From NCBI GenBank assembly GCA_977017645.1, contig OZ360220.1:157914001-157978000 (forward strand): DNA of 64,000 nt. Direction: 5' to 3'. The notes beneath the pieces are model-generated. The model had not been told where the DNA came from and ran no database searches. It saw only the letters and a program-made list of their open reading frames with translations. A program made the translations under genes and the position numbers. How positions within the stretch are numbered: position 1 is the first letter of the stretch; every line of letters begins with the position of its first letter. This stretch comes from Torpedo marmorata (lineage: Eukaryota). Shown piece after piece: positions 13,120 through 25,591 of the stretch.

Positions 13120-13726
13120 ACTATGGCAACAGGTGGATAAGGTGTTTAAGAAGGCGTTTGGCATGCTGGCCATTGGGTGCGATATAGAATACAAAAGTTG
13201 GGACCTCATGATTCAGCTGTACAAGGTATTGGTGAGACTACACTTGCAGTACTGTGTGCAGTTCTGGTCGCCCAGCTATAGGAAGGACATCAATGCATTG
13301 GAGGTGATTCACTGGGATGTTGCCAGGACTGGAGGGATTGAGTTACAGGGAGAGGTTGGATAGGCTGGGTCTTTATTCCCTGGAGTTGAGGGAAGAACTT
13401 ATGGAGGTGTTTAAAATCATGAGGGGCATGGATAAAGTGAATGCTCACAGTCTTTTTCCCAGGTTAGAGGATTCTGCAACCAGAGGGCATTAGTTTTTTT
13501 TTCGCTCAGAGGATGGTCCATATCTGGAATGAGCTGCCAGCAAAAACTGTAAAAGTGGGCACAATAACAGCAATCAAAAGGCACTTGGACAGATTTATGG
13601 ATGAGAGGGGTTAGGAGGATAGAGACCAAATGCAGGTAAACGGAATTAGCCCAGAATGGCAAATGAGTCAGCATGAATGAATTGGGCTGAAGGGCCTGTT
13701 CTATGCTGCATGACTCCATGACTCTG
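13120..13726 (+). mobile_element. Degenerate CR1 LINE 3' fragment
   Basis: KKAFGML..LYKVLVRLHLQYCVQFWSPSYRKD; tail catgactccatgactct. Confidence 0.85.
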
Positions 13727-14235
13727 ATGGAGTTTTGACGTTTAATGGGAGAATCTGAAATTAGTTCAGGTATGGGTGTTTCTATCAGTTGAAGAGCAAT
13801 AATATAATGACATATGTTAGTCAGTTACAGGGTATTGCATCATTGATTGTTTTTTTAGAAAGGTGTGAAGCAGAATTAAAATTTGAAAATATGTCAGATA
13901 AGTCAAACTTCATATCACTATGCACCAAGATATGCCGGGGGTTCAACAGGCCATGCACTGGCTGGAGTTTCATGTAAAATTTAGTTCAGGAGCAAGTCTG
14001 ATCTTCAGGAAATTACCAACTAAAACCTAGTGGTAATGAGCACTCTATTTGGCTTTGCCTTGCAGCTGCATCAACTTCACTAAACCTGCACATTTCTTTT
14101 CATTGTATTTTAATGTTTTGTCTGCATTGACGATTCTTTAACCTCTGAGCACCTGGAATTAAATTTTCGTGATAATCTCTGCAGTTGCTTGTACTACTAA
14201 AAAGATCTGTCTCTAACATAAATGTGTATGTACAG

Positions 14236-14324
14236 GCACGTCCTCCCCGACCACAGGTGAAGAAACCGAGAAGTAATGCGTTGACGACAGATACGCGAAT
14301 ACCCTCCATTTCAAGTCCAGAGCC
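14236..14324 (+). CDS. DENND1A: DENND1A exon (ARPPRPQVKKPRSNALTTDTRIPSISSPE), phase 0/2
   Basis: tacag acceptor, gtaagt donor. Matches recalled human VRPPRPHVVKRPKSNIAVEGRRTSVPSPE. Confidence 0.9.
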
Positions 14325-15082
14325 GTAAGTGCTGGGTTCTAGTAGTTAAGCATTCATACTCTGTAATGAATATATGAGGGATTTTACAATTTTCACTTTG
14401 AATTTTTCATTTAATAGCCCATTTAATCTTGACATTCTCAATTTGCAGGTAATTATGTTTGCAAGCTTAGCATATTGGCCCGACGTTTAGCATACTGAGT
14501 GGTTTTATGTCCTGGGGATTTTATCCTTGTGCAAACTACTTTGACAGGGTCAGGTAGGAAATCTGTGAAATGTTTTTCTGTGTAACTTCAGTTAATATTT
14601 ATCATGACAAACTGCAGGAAGGTTTGTGGGATACTTAAGAGTATATCTGACACAGTTAAACAAAACATGGTTTAAAAAATCTGAAGTGCACTGAGAACCA
14701 TTTCGAACCTGCGTGAGAAAGGTAATGTTCATACGTTGCTAGGTCCTAGTTGTTTGATCCTGTGACTGCTACAAACACTGTTGATTCAGCAAGGCAAGTC
14801 TGAGGTTTTGGGCCTGTGTTGCTTTCAGTTAGCTGTTGGCACTAGATTACTTCAGTGAAGATTTGGCCACAAGAGCAGTTGGTAGTTGAACCATTCTGTT
14901 GTGCTGTGGTGGTGACATGAAGGAAACTGAAAATCTTTTTCCCTCAACTTTATTCTCCTTATTGTTATTAATAATTAATTAAAATATCAAGGAGGTACAG
15001 CTGTGTGAGGGCAAAAAGGATAAATGTGTATCTACTTTCATATCCAAGTATCTGTCCAAATGCCTTTTAAACATTACATCAG

Positions 15083-15420
15083 AGCATAAGAAACAGGAGC
15101 CAGGAGTAGGCTATCTGGCCCGTCGAGTCTGCTGTGTCATTCAATAAGATCATGGCTGATCTGGCCGTGGACTCAGCTCTACCTACTCACCTGTTCCCCA
15201 AAACTGTTAATTCCCTTATTATTGCAAAAATCTAGCCGTCTTAAGTACATTTAATGAAGCAGCTCTACTACTTCATTGGGCAGAGAATTCCACAGATTCA
15301 CTACTCTCTGGGAGAAGCAGTTCCTCCTCATCTCTGTCTTAAATCTACTCTCCAAATCTTGAGGCCGTCCCCTAGTTTGAGTTTCACCTGACAGTGGAAA
15401 CGACCTCCCTGCTTCTATGT
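15083..15420 (-). mobile_element. CR1 LINE 3' fragment
   Basis: Same family as the + copy at 61790-62155 (gagatgaggaggaactgcttctcccagagag on -), with CR1 tail. Confidence 0.8.
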
Positions 15421-15529
15421 CAGAGCAAGAGGGTGGGAAAATTAAATAGAACGGGCAGAAGGTGCTATTTCTGCTAATGTCAGGGAGGTGGAGAAATACA
15501 AGCTGTTTTAAAACAACCTAAGCAGAGAT

Positions 15530-15725
15530 AAGAGCAAAATACTAACAGCTGGAGGAGCTCAGTGGATCAAGCAGCATCCATGAGGGGAAATGGACAGTCG
15601 ACGTTTCAGTCGAAACCCTGCTTCAGGACCGGACCATTTCCCTCCATAGATGTTGTTTGGTCCACTGAGTTCCTCCAGCAGTTTATTTTTTGCTCCAGAT
15701 TCCAGCATCTGCAGTCTCCTGTGTG
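15530..15725. mobile_element. Short Penelope-derived repeat as an inverted pair
   Basis: gctggaggagctcagtgga ... tccactgagttcctccagc arms around a degenerate hammerhead-like core. Confidence 0.7.
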
Positions 15726-16569
15726 TCCGAAGGGAGGTGATATAATCTAACATTTTTTCTATTCTCCCTGCCTGGCCTGGCTAATAGAGAGAAGTGTGGT
15801 TGCATTGACATGGTGTAAAACACCAGCTGTCCCTTTCATGGCTTTTATCTGTACTATGTAGAGGCCTGTGACCAACCTTGCCCAGAGTAAATTATGGATT
15901 CTAAATATTAACAATTGCAAAGTCTAAAATATTTAAGGTCTTATTTGATAAACTAGATCCAATGGAAAAAATACTGAACAATTCTGGAAGTAGTTCTTGA
16001 TATACTGAGTGGGATTATAAGAAATATAATGAATGTTCTATGTTGAAGGGTGGTGCAAAAAGCTGGTCAGTTCCAATTTCCGTGCAGTTATTGGGTAAAG
16101 TGAATTGCAGGCTGAGAGCATACCAGGAAGAGTAAATTGATGATTACTGTAAACACAATGTGTATCCCAGCCAGAAATGTATAATGTTTATGAAGCTGTA
16201 TGGTACACAGAGTCTCAGGGCAGCCTGAGGATTTTTTATTTACAAAATGGAGTTATTTCTGTAAAATTGCAAGTGTGTGTTGTGCCTGAATGTTTTTCCT
16301 TTTATTGGTAATGCTCAAATTTATCATTGCACCAAGTATCTTTTCTGTAATTGAAGCTGGATAAGCCAGCAGGGTAGATCACAATCCAGCAATAAATAGG
16401 TCCTTGTTCTCTCATGTTGGGTGCCATCCTTGTGGCTTTGTCAGGGAGGCATCTCAACATTGCCGTTTATCCTTCAAGCAACAACGAAGATTGATAAATT
16501 TCGGCAGAGATAAAATAATAGCTGGTACCAATTACCACTGATCCATTTGCACAAGTTCTTTTTATGTTC

Positions 16570-17810
16570 ATCTCAGGAGTCTGGGCATTATCAGAAATTT
16601 ATTGCCCTAGAGAAGGTGGTGGAGAGTGGTCCTTTTGAACTGATGCAGTCCTTCTGCTGAAGGTCCTGTCGCAATACTGTTAGGGACCAAGTTCCAGGAT
16701 TCAGTCGACGATGTACCAGAATGGTGTGCGACTTGAAAGGGAACATGTGGAGATGATGTTGTAGTGGTGTCTCCAAGTACCTACTGCTCTTGTCTTTCTT
16801 AACATTAGAGCTCAGAGATAAGTGAGGTGCTGTCAGAGTAGCCTGGGTGAGTGACTGCTATGTATTTTGCAAGTGGAGCACACTGTAGTCACTCTGCACT
16901 GGTGGTGGAAGAAGTAAATGTTCAGCTTGTCTGATGGACTGCCAATCATGCAGGCTGCTTTGTCAGGGATGGCGTGGAGCACTTTGAGAGTTGTTGGACC
17001 TGTACTCATCCAAGCAGGTGGAGAATATTCCATTCCATCCTGACATTTACTGAGTACATGGGAAAAGGGCCTAGGGGTATCAGACATTGAATTGCTCACC
17101 TTGGGATACCCAGTCTCAGACCTGCTCTTAGTGCTGGGTAATTATATGGCTGGTCCAACAAAGTTCCTGGTCAGTAATGGCCTCAGGGTGTTGATGGTGG
17201 GGCTCTCAACAGTGGAACGCCATTGGTTGTCATAGCTGAGTGGTTCGATTCTCCGTTGTTGGAGATGGCCTAACACTTCTGTGGCATAAACAATTCTTGC
17301 TACCTATCAGCTCAGACCTGAGTGGTCTTGCTACAAAGGCAAGGGCAACTTCATACAGAGCAGAATTGTGTCATCATCCGTGAATATCTCCACCTCTGAC
17401 CTTGTACAGGAAGGTTATTGATAAATGCTTGAGCCCAGGATGCTGCCCTGAAGATTTCTGGCAGTGGTGTCCTGGGACAGGAATGGTTGACCTCTGATGA
17501 GCACAATCACCCCATGCATGCAAAGCATGACACCAGTCTCTGGAACGTGCTGCCTTTGATGCCCATTGACCAGTACTATCAGGGCACCTCGATGTCATTC
17601 CCAGCTTCACCTCCATAATCAGCAGCTAGTTCCATGCGTGGACCAAAGCTGTGTTAAGTCTGGAGGAGAGGCTCCTGGCAAACACAAATCAATGCTTGTT
17701 TATTGGTGAGGTAATGCAGCTGATAGCACTGTCGACAACACCTTCCTTCCCTTGCTGATGATTGAGAGCAAAGTTAGCCAGACTGGATTTATCCTGCTTT
17801 TTGTGAGCTC
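16570..17810 (-). mobile_element. Old, degenerate LINE (CR1/L2 group) RT and 3' region
   Basis: Minus-strand residual peptide MEYSPPAWMS..PTTLKVLHAIPDKAACMIG resembles a LINE ORF2 C-terminal region. A similar 3' end remnant lies near 1830-2150. Confidence 0.55.
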
Positions 17811-20294
17811 ATTCAACACAAGGAAATAGAGTCCAAAGGTGTGTGATAACCATGTTCATGTCATTGTCTCTAATGCTTGCACATTTATTAACTCACTCAT
17901 TGTTATCGTGAATTTCAAGTGACAAGCTGCGAGGCATAGGAGAATTGCCTGAAGACTATTTTCATATGAAGAGGTGTGATTTTGTGCATATGTTGGGCAG
18001 GCTGTTGGGGAATCTGCCCCATCGATCTCAGCAAGCCTGTGCACCCTCTAGTAGGCCGCAGACTTGGGGTGGAGCTCTGACATATTCCATTCACTGAGGA
18101 ATGAGAGGTAGCAGAAAGTGCCAAGAAAGCCAATAAACAAAGGTCACACCATTAAAATGAAAGCACTCATTTTCTAATTGCCCACCTTTAGGCTTTGTTT
18201 TATCCCTGTAACCATGTGGCAACAAGGAATCTACTTCAGGTAAACCTGATCAGTCTGTCGGAAGTTCCACGTAGTTGGGTTTTCAAATTCATACCATAGC
18301 TTGCACCTTGTATATTTCCTATCATAAACCTTAAACTCAGCAAAAATAAATTATTGCTGGATTTTGCACCTTTTAAATCTTCCTTGCTGGAAAATATAAA
18401 TAATTTAAACAAACCCATGCATTTTTCAATTAGGATACTTTTTCATTGTAAAATCTGAAAAAAAGTTTGTTGACAATTGCAATCCAGTCCAGCATAAAGA
18501 AAAACATCACTAAATGTTTCTTGGTGCTGTCGCCAAAACAAAATGTTTGCACATTTTCAACCTTCAAGAAGTTGTAAATTAGCATTGACTGGAAGGTTGG
18601 CCCTTTGAACGTTTCTGCGTCAGAAACGTTTGTGTCTGCTGTGGAACTTCACTGCCTCCTTGTGGAATATGGTGAGAAGTACAGACTCGTTGCAAAGTGT
18701 TTTAATAACCTACTCAGTTTATGGTAGTATTCTTATTTCAAGGCTTTTATGAAATCAGAATAAAACAGACACACCATGTACCTATAGGGGAAAAAGTTGA
18801 TGATGTATATTTTTAAAACAAAGTAAAGGTTTCAATCCAGAATGTAAGCCTAACATCTGCAGTTAATGCTCCCCAAAGGCTGTCATTACTTTAGGTAATC
18901 TGCAGTTTATAATCTAGTACTGCTAGTTTGTGTTATTTATTCTCAGGAATATCATTTGACACTTGCCATGTCAAGCCTTTCTTCCCCCATTCCTGTATCT
19001 ACAGTCTGAGCACACATGCTGATGTGTAAGGAATGGGTGAGTGCTGTCTTATAAATTGATGGCAACCTACTAATAACTTATTTCATGTAGCTCTTTAATT
19101 TGTCAGTGAGAACAATCTTCTCTAAGGTTTTGTAGTGTTTTTAATTAGGACTGAACATTGACCTCTGCTGCACGGGTCAGATAACTTATAATTGAATTCC
19201 TTTAGAAAATTTACATCTTTTATTAACCAATTTTTGTATTACTTGTATATAAAACTATATGAACATCATTAATATTTTCCAAACAATTCACTGCTTGGAA
19301 TATATATGAGTCTTGAAGAGCTGCCTGGTTCCTTTGAGACAAGATGTTGTAGAGGTTAATGCATTCAGTGTGTAATATTTTTTAAGTGGTGCATTTCAAT
19401 TTGCTGATTAATTTTACTTTCCAATGTGGTGTTAATAATAATATGTGGACTATTTTTTTTTCTGTAGCTGTTATAAAGAAATGGAATGAAAAGTCATTGT
19501 GTAAAAGTAATTCTCTTGTTCTGGGACTGAACTGTTTCTCCCAGGTTTCTTAACACAAGTGTGCCACTCTGCCATGTTCGGCCACACCTGCAGGTGTCAG
19601 GGACATGTCAAGCAGAAGGTGACAAACAGCTCAATCTGACTCAGCGCTGCAGTTTTCAGTGTCATTTTAATTCCTCTGATTCCTCCAAGAAGTTAGTAGG
19701 TTTATTGATTGCTTTGGACAATGATAGGAGGACAGAAGGATCGATAGGAGGATCGGAGGATACCAACTTGCTTTGGTGGAATTTGAACATGACTCTTCAT
19801 TACCATACTTCCCACATTGTCACATCTGACATGATTTGTGAATGTTCAGTTTCTCCCTGTTTGCCCTCGTGATACTACTGCAAATTTAACCAGGATAGGC
19901 AATAAAGCCATGAGGCAATGCACAAGCCAACCCTGAACTGCTACAGCTGTGCTTTGTTCCACAAGACTGTTCCCTTAAAGGGATCTTTTTTGAAGAATTC
20001 CACTACAATCTGATTTGCTTTGTCGTCTGTGGAGGCATGAGTTTTACGTGAGTGGATTGGGCAATGGATGAAGGAATCCTTTTTACAGCCGCCGTCAGAC
20101 AATGTTGTCCCAGATAGGAGCCAGGAAATCAATTAAAGATCAGCAAGTAATCTCCATACCCATCTCAATTCACATGGAATGGAAATTAGGTGAAGGTAGG
20201 TAATCTACACCACAAGATTTCTAACTGAATGGGAAAGAAGAAAGTCAATCCCACAGCATGGCAAGATTGTTCCTGCAATTTAGGAGAACACTTT

Positions 20295-20495
20295 TTGTTC
20301 TGGGTTAGAAAGTTATGGATTCAAGTTCCACCACAGAATCTTCAGCTGAAAAATCTAGCTTGACGTTCCCAGAGCAGTAATGAGGAAAGCATTTGCATTG
20401 TAATTCAAATGATTCATTAAAGGGATGGATAATCTACCATTTTAAGTAAATATAAAGATTCTACCCACTACTTCAGTGAAGAACCAGAAGTATCT
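20295..20495 (+). mobile_element. Degenerate tRNA-derived Deu-domain SINE (SacSINE1-like)
   Basis: B-box-like ggattcaagttccac followed by aatctagcttgac..cagagcagtaatgagg, resembling the recalled DeuSINE core. Confidence 0.5.
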
Positions 20496-21445
20496 TAGAC
20501 AATAGACAATAGGAGCTGGATTAGGCCCGTCGAGCCAGCACCGCCATTTTACAGATCATGGCTAATCACTACTATCAGTACCCCTTTCCAGCCTTATCCC
20601 CATAACCCTTAACTCCTCTGCCCACTAGAGTCTTATCTAACTCTCTTTTGAACATAATCAGCGAATCTTCCTCTACCACCCTCTGTGGCAGAACATTCCA
20701 CAGATTCACACTTCTCTGGGTAAAAAAATTTTTCCTCATCTCCGTCCTAAAGGGCCTTCCCTGTATTCTTAAACTATGCCCTCTAGTCCTCGTCTCTCCC
20801 ATCATTGGGAACAAGTAATCCGACTTCACCCTGTCTATCCCCTTGATAATCTTGTATACCTCAACCATGTCCCCCCTCATCCTTCTAAACTCCATCGGAT
20901 ATAAGTCCAGTTTTTCTAACCTTTCAGCATATGTCAATCCTACCATCCCTGGAACTAACCTTGTAAATCTGCGCTGCACACCCTCTATAGCTAGTATGTC
21001 CTTCCTCAAATTTGGGGACCAGAACTGGACGCAATACTCCAGGTGAGGTCTCACCAGGGCCCTGTACAACTGCAGAAGGGCGTCTCTGCTCCTATACTCC
21101 AATCCCCTCTTTATGAAAGCCAACATGCCATTTGCCTTCTTCACAGCTTTCTGAACCTGCATGTTAGCCTTCAGTGACTGGTGTACAAGTACACCCAGAT
21201 CCATTTGCACTTCCCCACTCCCTAGCTTGTCTCCATTTAAATAATACTCAGCTTTCCTATTACTGCCCCCAAAATGGATAACCTCACATTTGCTCACATT
21301 GAACTTCATCTTCCATTCTTCAGCCCACTCCCCCAACCTGTCCAAGTCCCTCTGCATTTTCCTGACATCCTCCTCACACTTTACACTGCCACCCAGTTTA
21401 GTGTCGTCTGCAAATTTGCTCATGTTATTAATAATCCCTTCATCC
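20496..21445 (-). mobile_element. Well-preserved CR1 LINE, 5'-truncated, RT C-terminal frame open
   Basis: SKFADDTKLGG, WKMKFNVSKC, LYRALVRPHLEYCVQFWSP, TRGHSL; tail (ATTGTCT)n. The ORF N-terminus beyond about 21445 is flanking DNA. Confidence 0.93.
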
Positions 21446-22029
21446 AACTTGGCCCTAGTCATTATTTCTAAGACTTCCTTGTGGGAGCTTGCTGTGTGCC
21501 AATTGGTAGCATTGTAACAGGCAGTGCGCTTCAAAAGCAATGAAGAGAGAAGTTCTGAAAAGGACATGCTGCATAAATGGAAATCTTCCTTTCCCAAATT
21601 TTATTCTGGTTTCTGCCACCTTCCTACATGTTACTGACCCATCGCTGTGCATATTGGGACGTTATTGGGTACATCTTAAACCCTGTATTCACCTAAATGT
21701 TTACACATTGATATGATTGAGGGAAGATGTGGAAACTTTTGAAATTGGGAGGCCAGGGGTCGAAATTAAGATTGGTATGCCCCTCACAAGACAGTGGTTC
21801 TCTGGCATAGTTTCCCATCCACCCCCACTGCTCTCCACAATCCTACCACCCCTGTGACCCTCTCCTCATGGTGCAGTCCTGCCACAAGCTTTGAGGAAGG
21901 AGCAGGAGCTTGACTGGTTCATTTATATCATTGTCATTTAAAACGCCTTCAAGGGTATTCACAAAGTGGAGGGCTGACCCAAAAACCAATTTAAGAAGAG
22001 TTCCATTCAGTCCAGCTCTACTTCACAGC

Positions 22030-23358
22030 TAGTCCATCTCTAGCAACTCTCCTATTTTTCGATCTCTCTGTCTCCATCTCAGGAGACAAACCCTCGACAG
22101 ACATCATCTACAAACCCACCAACTCCCAAAGCTACCTTGACTACACTTCTTCACACCCTGTCTCCTGTAAGGATTCCATTCCTTCCTCTCAATTCTGTCT
22201 CCATCATATTTGCTTCCAGGACGTCTTCCATGCCAGATCATCCGAGATGTCCTCCTTCAAAAAACGTGGCTTCCCTTCTACCACCATCAACTCGGCCCTT
22301 ACCTGCATATCCTCCATTACCCACGCATCTGCCCTGGCCCCCTCCACACGCAACAAGGAAAGGATTCCCCTTGTCCTCACCTACCACCCCACCAGCCTCC
22401 GCATCCAATGTATCATCCTCTGCCATTTCCGCCACCTATTACGTGATCCCACCACCAGACACATCTTCCATTCTCCCCTCTCCACCTGTCGCAGGGACTG
22501 CTCCATCCATGGCTCCCTCGTCCACTCCTCCCTTCCCACCAATCACCCCCTCGGCACCTACCCCTGTGACCGCAGAAAGTGCTCCACTTGCTTCTACACC
22601 TTCTCCCTCATCACCATTTGGGGCCCCAAACAGTCCTTCCAAGTGAAGTAAAACTTCACTTGTGAATCTGCAGGGGTCATTTCCTGCATCCGGTGCTCCC
22701 GTTGTGTTCTCCTCTACGTCGGAGAGACTGGACGCAGACTGGGAGATCGCTTCGTTGAGCACCTTGGCGCTGTCCGCCGCAATAGCGTGGATCTCCCAGT
22801 GGCCACCCGTTTCAATTCCCCGCCCCATTCCCTTGCCAACATGTCTGTCCATAATCTCATGTACTGCTAGACTGAGACCATTCGCAAATTGGAGGAACAA
22901 CACCTCATCTTCCGTCTGGGCACCCTCAACCAGATGGCATTAACATCAACTTCTCCGGTTTCCGTTACCCCTGCCTATCTATCCCTATGTCTCCTTTCCT
23001 CTAGCTCTGTCTCTCTTCTCTTTTACCTTTGTCTCCTTTACCCCTGCTCTACATTCACAGAGCCAACCTTCCCTTCCCCCAATCAATTTTCACCTTTCCT
23101 CTCCTGACCTCCTATCAATATCCAATTAACACCTTTTGTCTGTAGGTCTGTGCTCCTCCCCCTGCCCTTTCTTTCCTTCTCCCCAGCCTTTTAATTCAGG
23201 TGCCTGAATGCTTTTTTCTCATACCTTGAAGAAGGGCTCAGGCCCAAATCGTCAGTTATATATCTTTACCTCCTATAGACACTGCAAAACTTGCTGAGTT
23301 CCTCTAGCATTTCTGTGTTTTTACTACAATCACAGCGTCTGCAGACTTCCGTGTTTCA
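22030..23358 (+). mobile_element. Penelope-like element (RT thumb and GIY-YIG endonuclease), truncated
   Basis: YKPTNSQSYLDYTSSHP, IPLVLTYHP, TYPCDRRKCSTC, CIRCSRCVLLYVGETGRRLGDRFVEH; pyrimidine-rich 3' region with a degenerate hammerhead-like motif. Confidence 0.9.
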
Positions 23359-23524
23359 CTGCTTCACTGGTAAGAAATGATGTGCAGCATGAGATTGTGA
23401 ATTGTTGGGAGGGAGGGAGGCATTGAACATCTTTTTGGTGGGCTCATTCCTTGCTGACCAGGACCCCCTCTCTGCTCTGTTCTCATTTAAAGCAGGGGGA
23501 CCTGCCTGGGTTGGATCATCTTGG

Positions 23525-24455
23525 TTATCTGATGACATGGGTGAAGTGTAAAACGGGCGGGTGAGTAAGTATGCAGATGACACAAAGATTGGTGAAGTTG
23601 TGAACAATGTGGAGGGCAGCAAGACAGAGCAGATGCAGAAGTGGGCAGAGAAATGGCAGGTGGAGTTTAATCCAAGCAAGTGTGAGGGGTTGCACTTTGG
23701 GAGTATGTGCAAGGGGGGAGTGCTCAGGTAATGGCAGGAGCCTTGTTGATGTACAGAGGGATCGGGGGAGGTGGGGGGAGTCCAAGTCCATTGGTCCCGG
23801 AAAGTGGCCATGCGAGTCGATGAAGGTGGTGAAGAAGGAATAAGGCCTGCTTGCCTTCATTGGGTGGGGTATTGAGTACAAAAGTGAGGAAGTCATGTTG
23901 CAACTTCATAGAACTTCGGTTAGGCTGCAATTGAAATGCTGTGCAATTCTAGTCGGAAGGATGTGGAACTTTGTAAAGGGCACAGAAGAGGTTTGCCAGG
24001 ATGTTGTCTGGATTAGAGGGCATGAGCTATCAGGAAAGTTTGGACAAACTTGGGTTGCTTTCTCTGGAGCATTGGAGGCTGGAGGAAACACAGCTGATAC
24101 GTTTATAAAATTTGGAGATGCATAGATAGGGTAGACAGTCAGAAACTTTTTCTCAAAGTAAAAAATATCAAATGCTCGAGGACATGTATTTAAGGTGAGA
24201 GGGGGGGAAAGTTTAAGGGAGATGTGCAGTGCAAGTTTTACACAGAGAGTGGTGGGTGCCTGGAACGGGCTTCAGGGGTAGTGGTGGAAGCAGACATGAT
24301 AGTAGTGTTTCAGAGATTTCCAGATACATGGTATGTGGGAATGGAGGTATGTGGATCATGTGCAAGCAGCAGAGATTTGGCTTAATTTGGCATTGTGTTT
24401 GGCAAAGACATTGTGGGCCAAATAGCCTGTGTCTGTGCTGTACTGTTCTCCGTTT
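23525..24455 (+). mobile_element. Degenerate CR1 LINE 3' fragment
   Basis: SKYADDTKIG and WAEKWQVEFNPSKC remnants; CR1-type 3' end. Confidence 0.85.
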
Positions 24456-24466
24456 TCTGTTATCAT

Positions 24467-25591
24467 TGTTACGACTTAAACCAGCAGCAATAGGAATTCA
24501 CCAAGACAATGGTATCTTCAAACCAATAATTTTTATTAATAACTATTAATAACATAACACTTCTTACTTAACTCTAAACTTAACTCTAGCTTAACCTCAC
24601 CATGCGCAAATGTATATATGTGTGTGTGTGTGTGTGTGACAAAACCCAAAAACCATTACAGTTTAGGCATAATTCTGAAGAGATGATTTTAAAGTTCAGT
24701 CTCAGAAAGCTTTTGTGTTGAAACTCAAATTCTTTAAATTGTTGCTCAAAAGCAATTATGGAGTAGGTGTGAGGCATCAGACTTCTCAAAACTCACGAAA
24801 TTTCTTCTGGAGTTGTTTTCAGAGAATTGTTTCTTCATACGAGTGATTTTCCCTCTCTTTTGCATGGAGATTTCAGAACTTGTTTTTCTTCCACGATGAT
24901 TTCACAAACCAAGGCAAGGGTTAAACGTAGTAACCATTTTAAAATGGTTATGTTTCAAATGCAAGATTAATTTTCCTTTCTTAATCCAAAGTGACCATTT
25001 TAATGGACACAACGAGACTGTCCTCTCTCTTTTAAAGAGACAGTCAGAAGTGGCTATTTTCTTCAAAACCACTTTTTCGGTGTTCCTCCTTTTCATAAGG
25101 AGAACACAAGCAACCTTCCTTCTCCAAAGGATTGTTACTGTATTTCAATCCTGTGTTACTTACAGGATGGTCAAGCACCTTCTTCTGATTTCAAAATGTC
25201 TCTGTTTCAGTAATATGTTCTCTGAAAATATCTTTAATCATGTGATATGATATCATTGCTGTCTTTGAAGTTTCATCTCTTCCAAAAGTATGAGTGGATA
25301 TGACTCCAAATTGTCTGCTGAGACCAGCCAGCAGAATGGCTTTCTTGTGTACACAGGTGTTTCTCTGAGTAAAGGGCATTGTCTTTAATTTCAATGGACA
25401 ATCACTTCAGGTTTTATGGCTGTTTACACAGCTTCAGCCAACAATGGTTTAACAGTCATTTCGACTTTCAAAATGATTCCTGGGTATAAGGGTCTGTGGT
25501 GTCTGTGAATGTGACCCTGTCCATCCCACAAAATAAATTTACTAAGAAATATATAATAACTAAAGATTAATATTAGCACAAATCCATCACA
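24467..25591 (-). mobile_element. Probable solo LTR (1125 bp)
   Basis: Starts TGTTACGA, ends CCATCACA, flanked by 4-bp TSD TCAT (24463-24466 and 25592-25595). Minus-strand AATAAA about 70 bp from the left end. No coding remnant. Confidence 0.65.

Noticed and set aside
22137-22903. Overlapping Pro-rich and Gly-rich ORFs
   Set aside because: Alternative-frame and antisense translations of the C-rich Penelope element.
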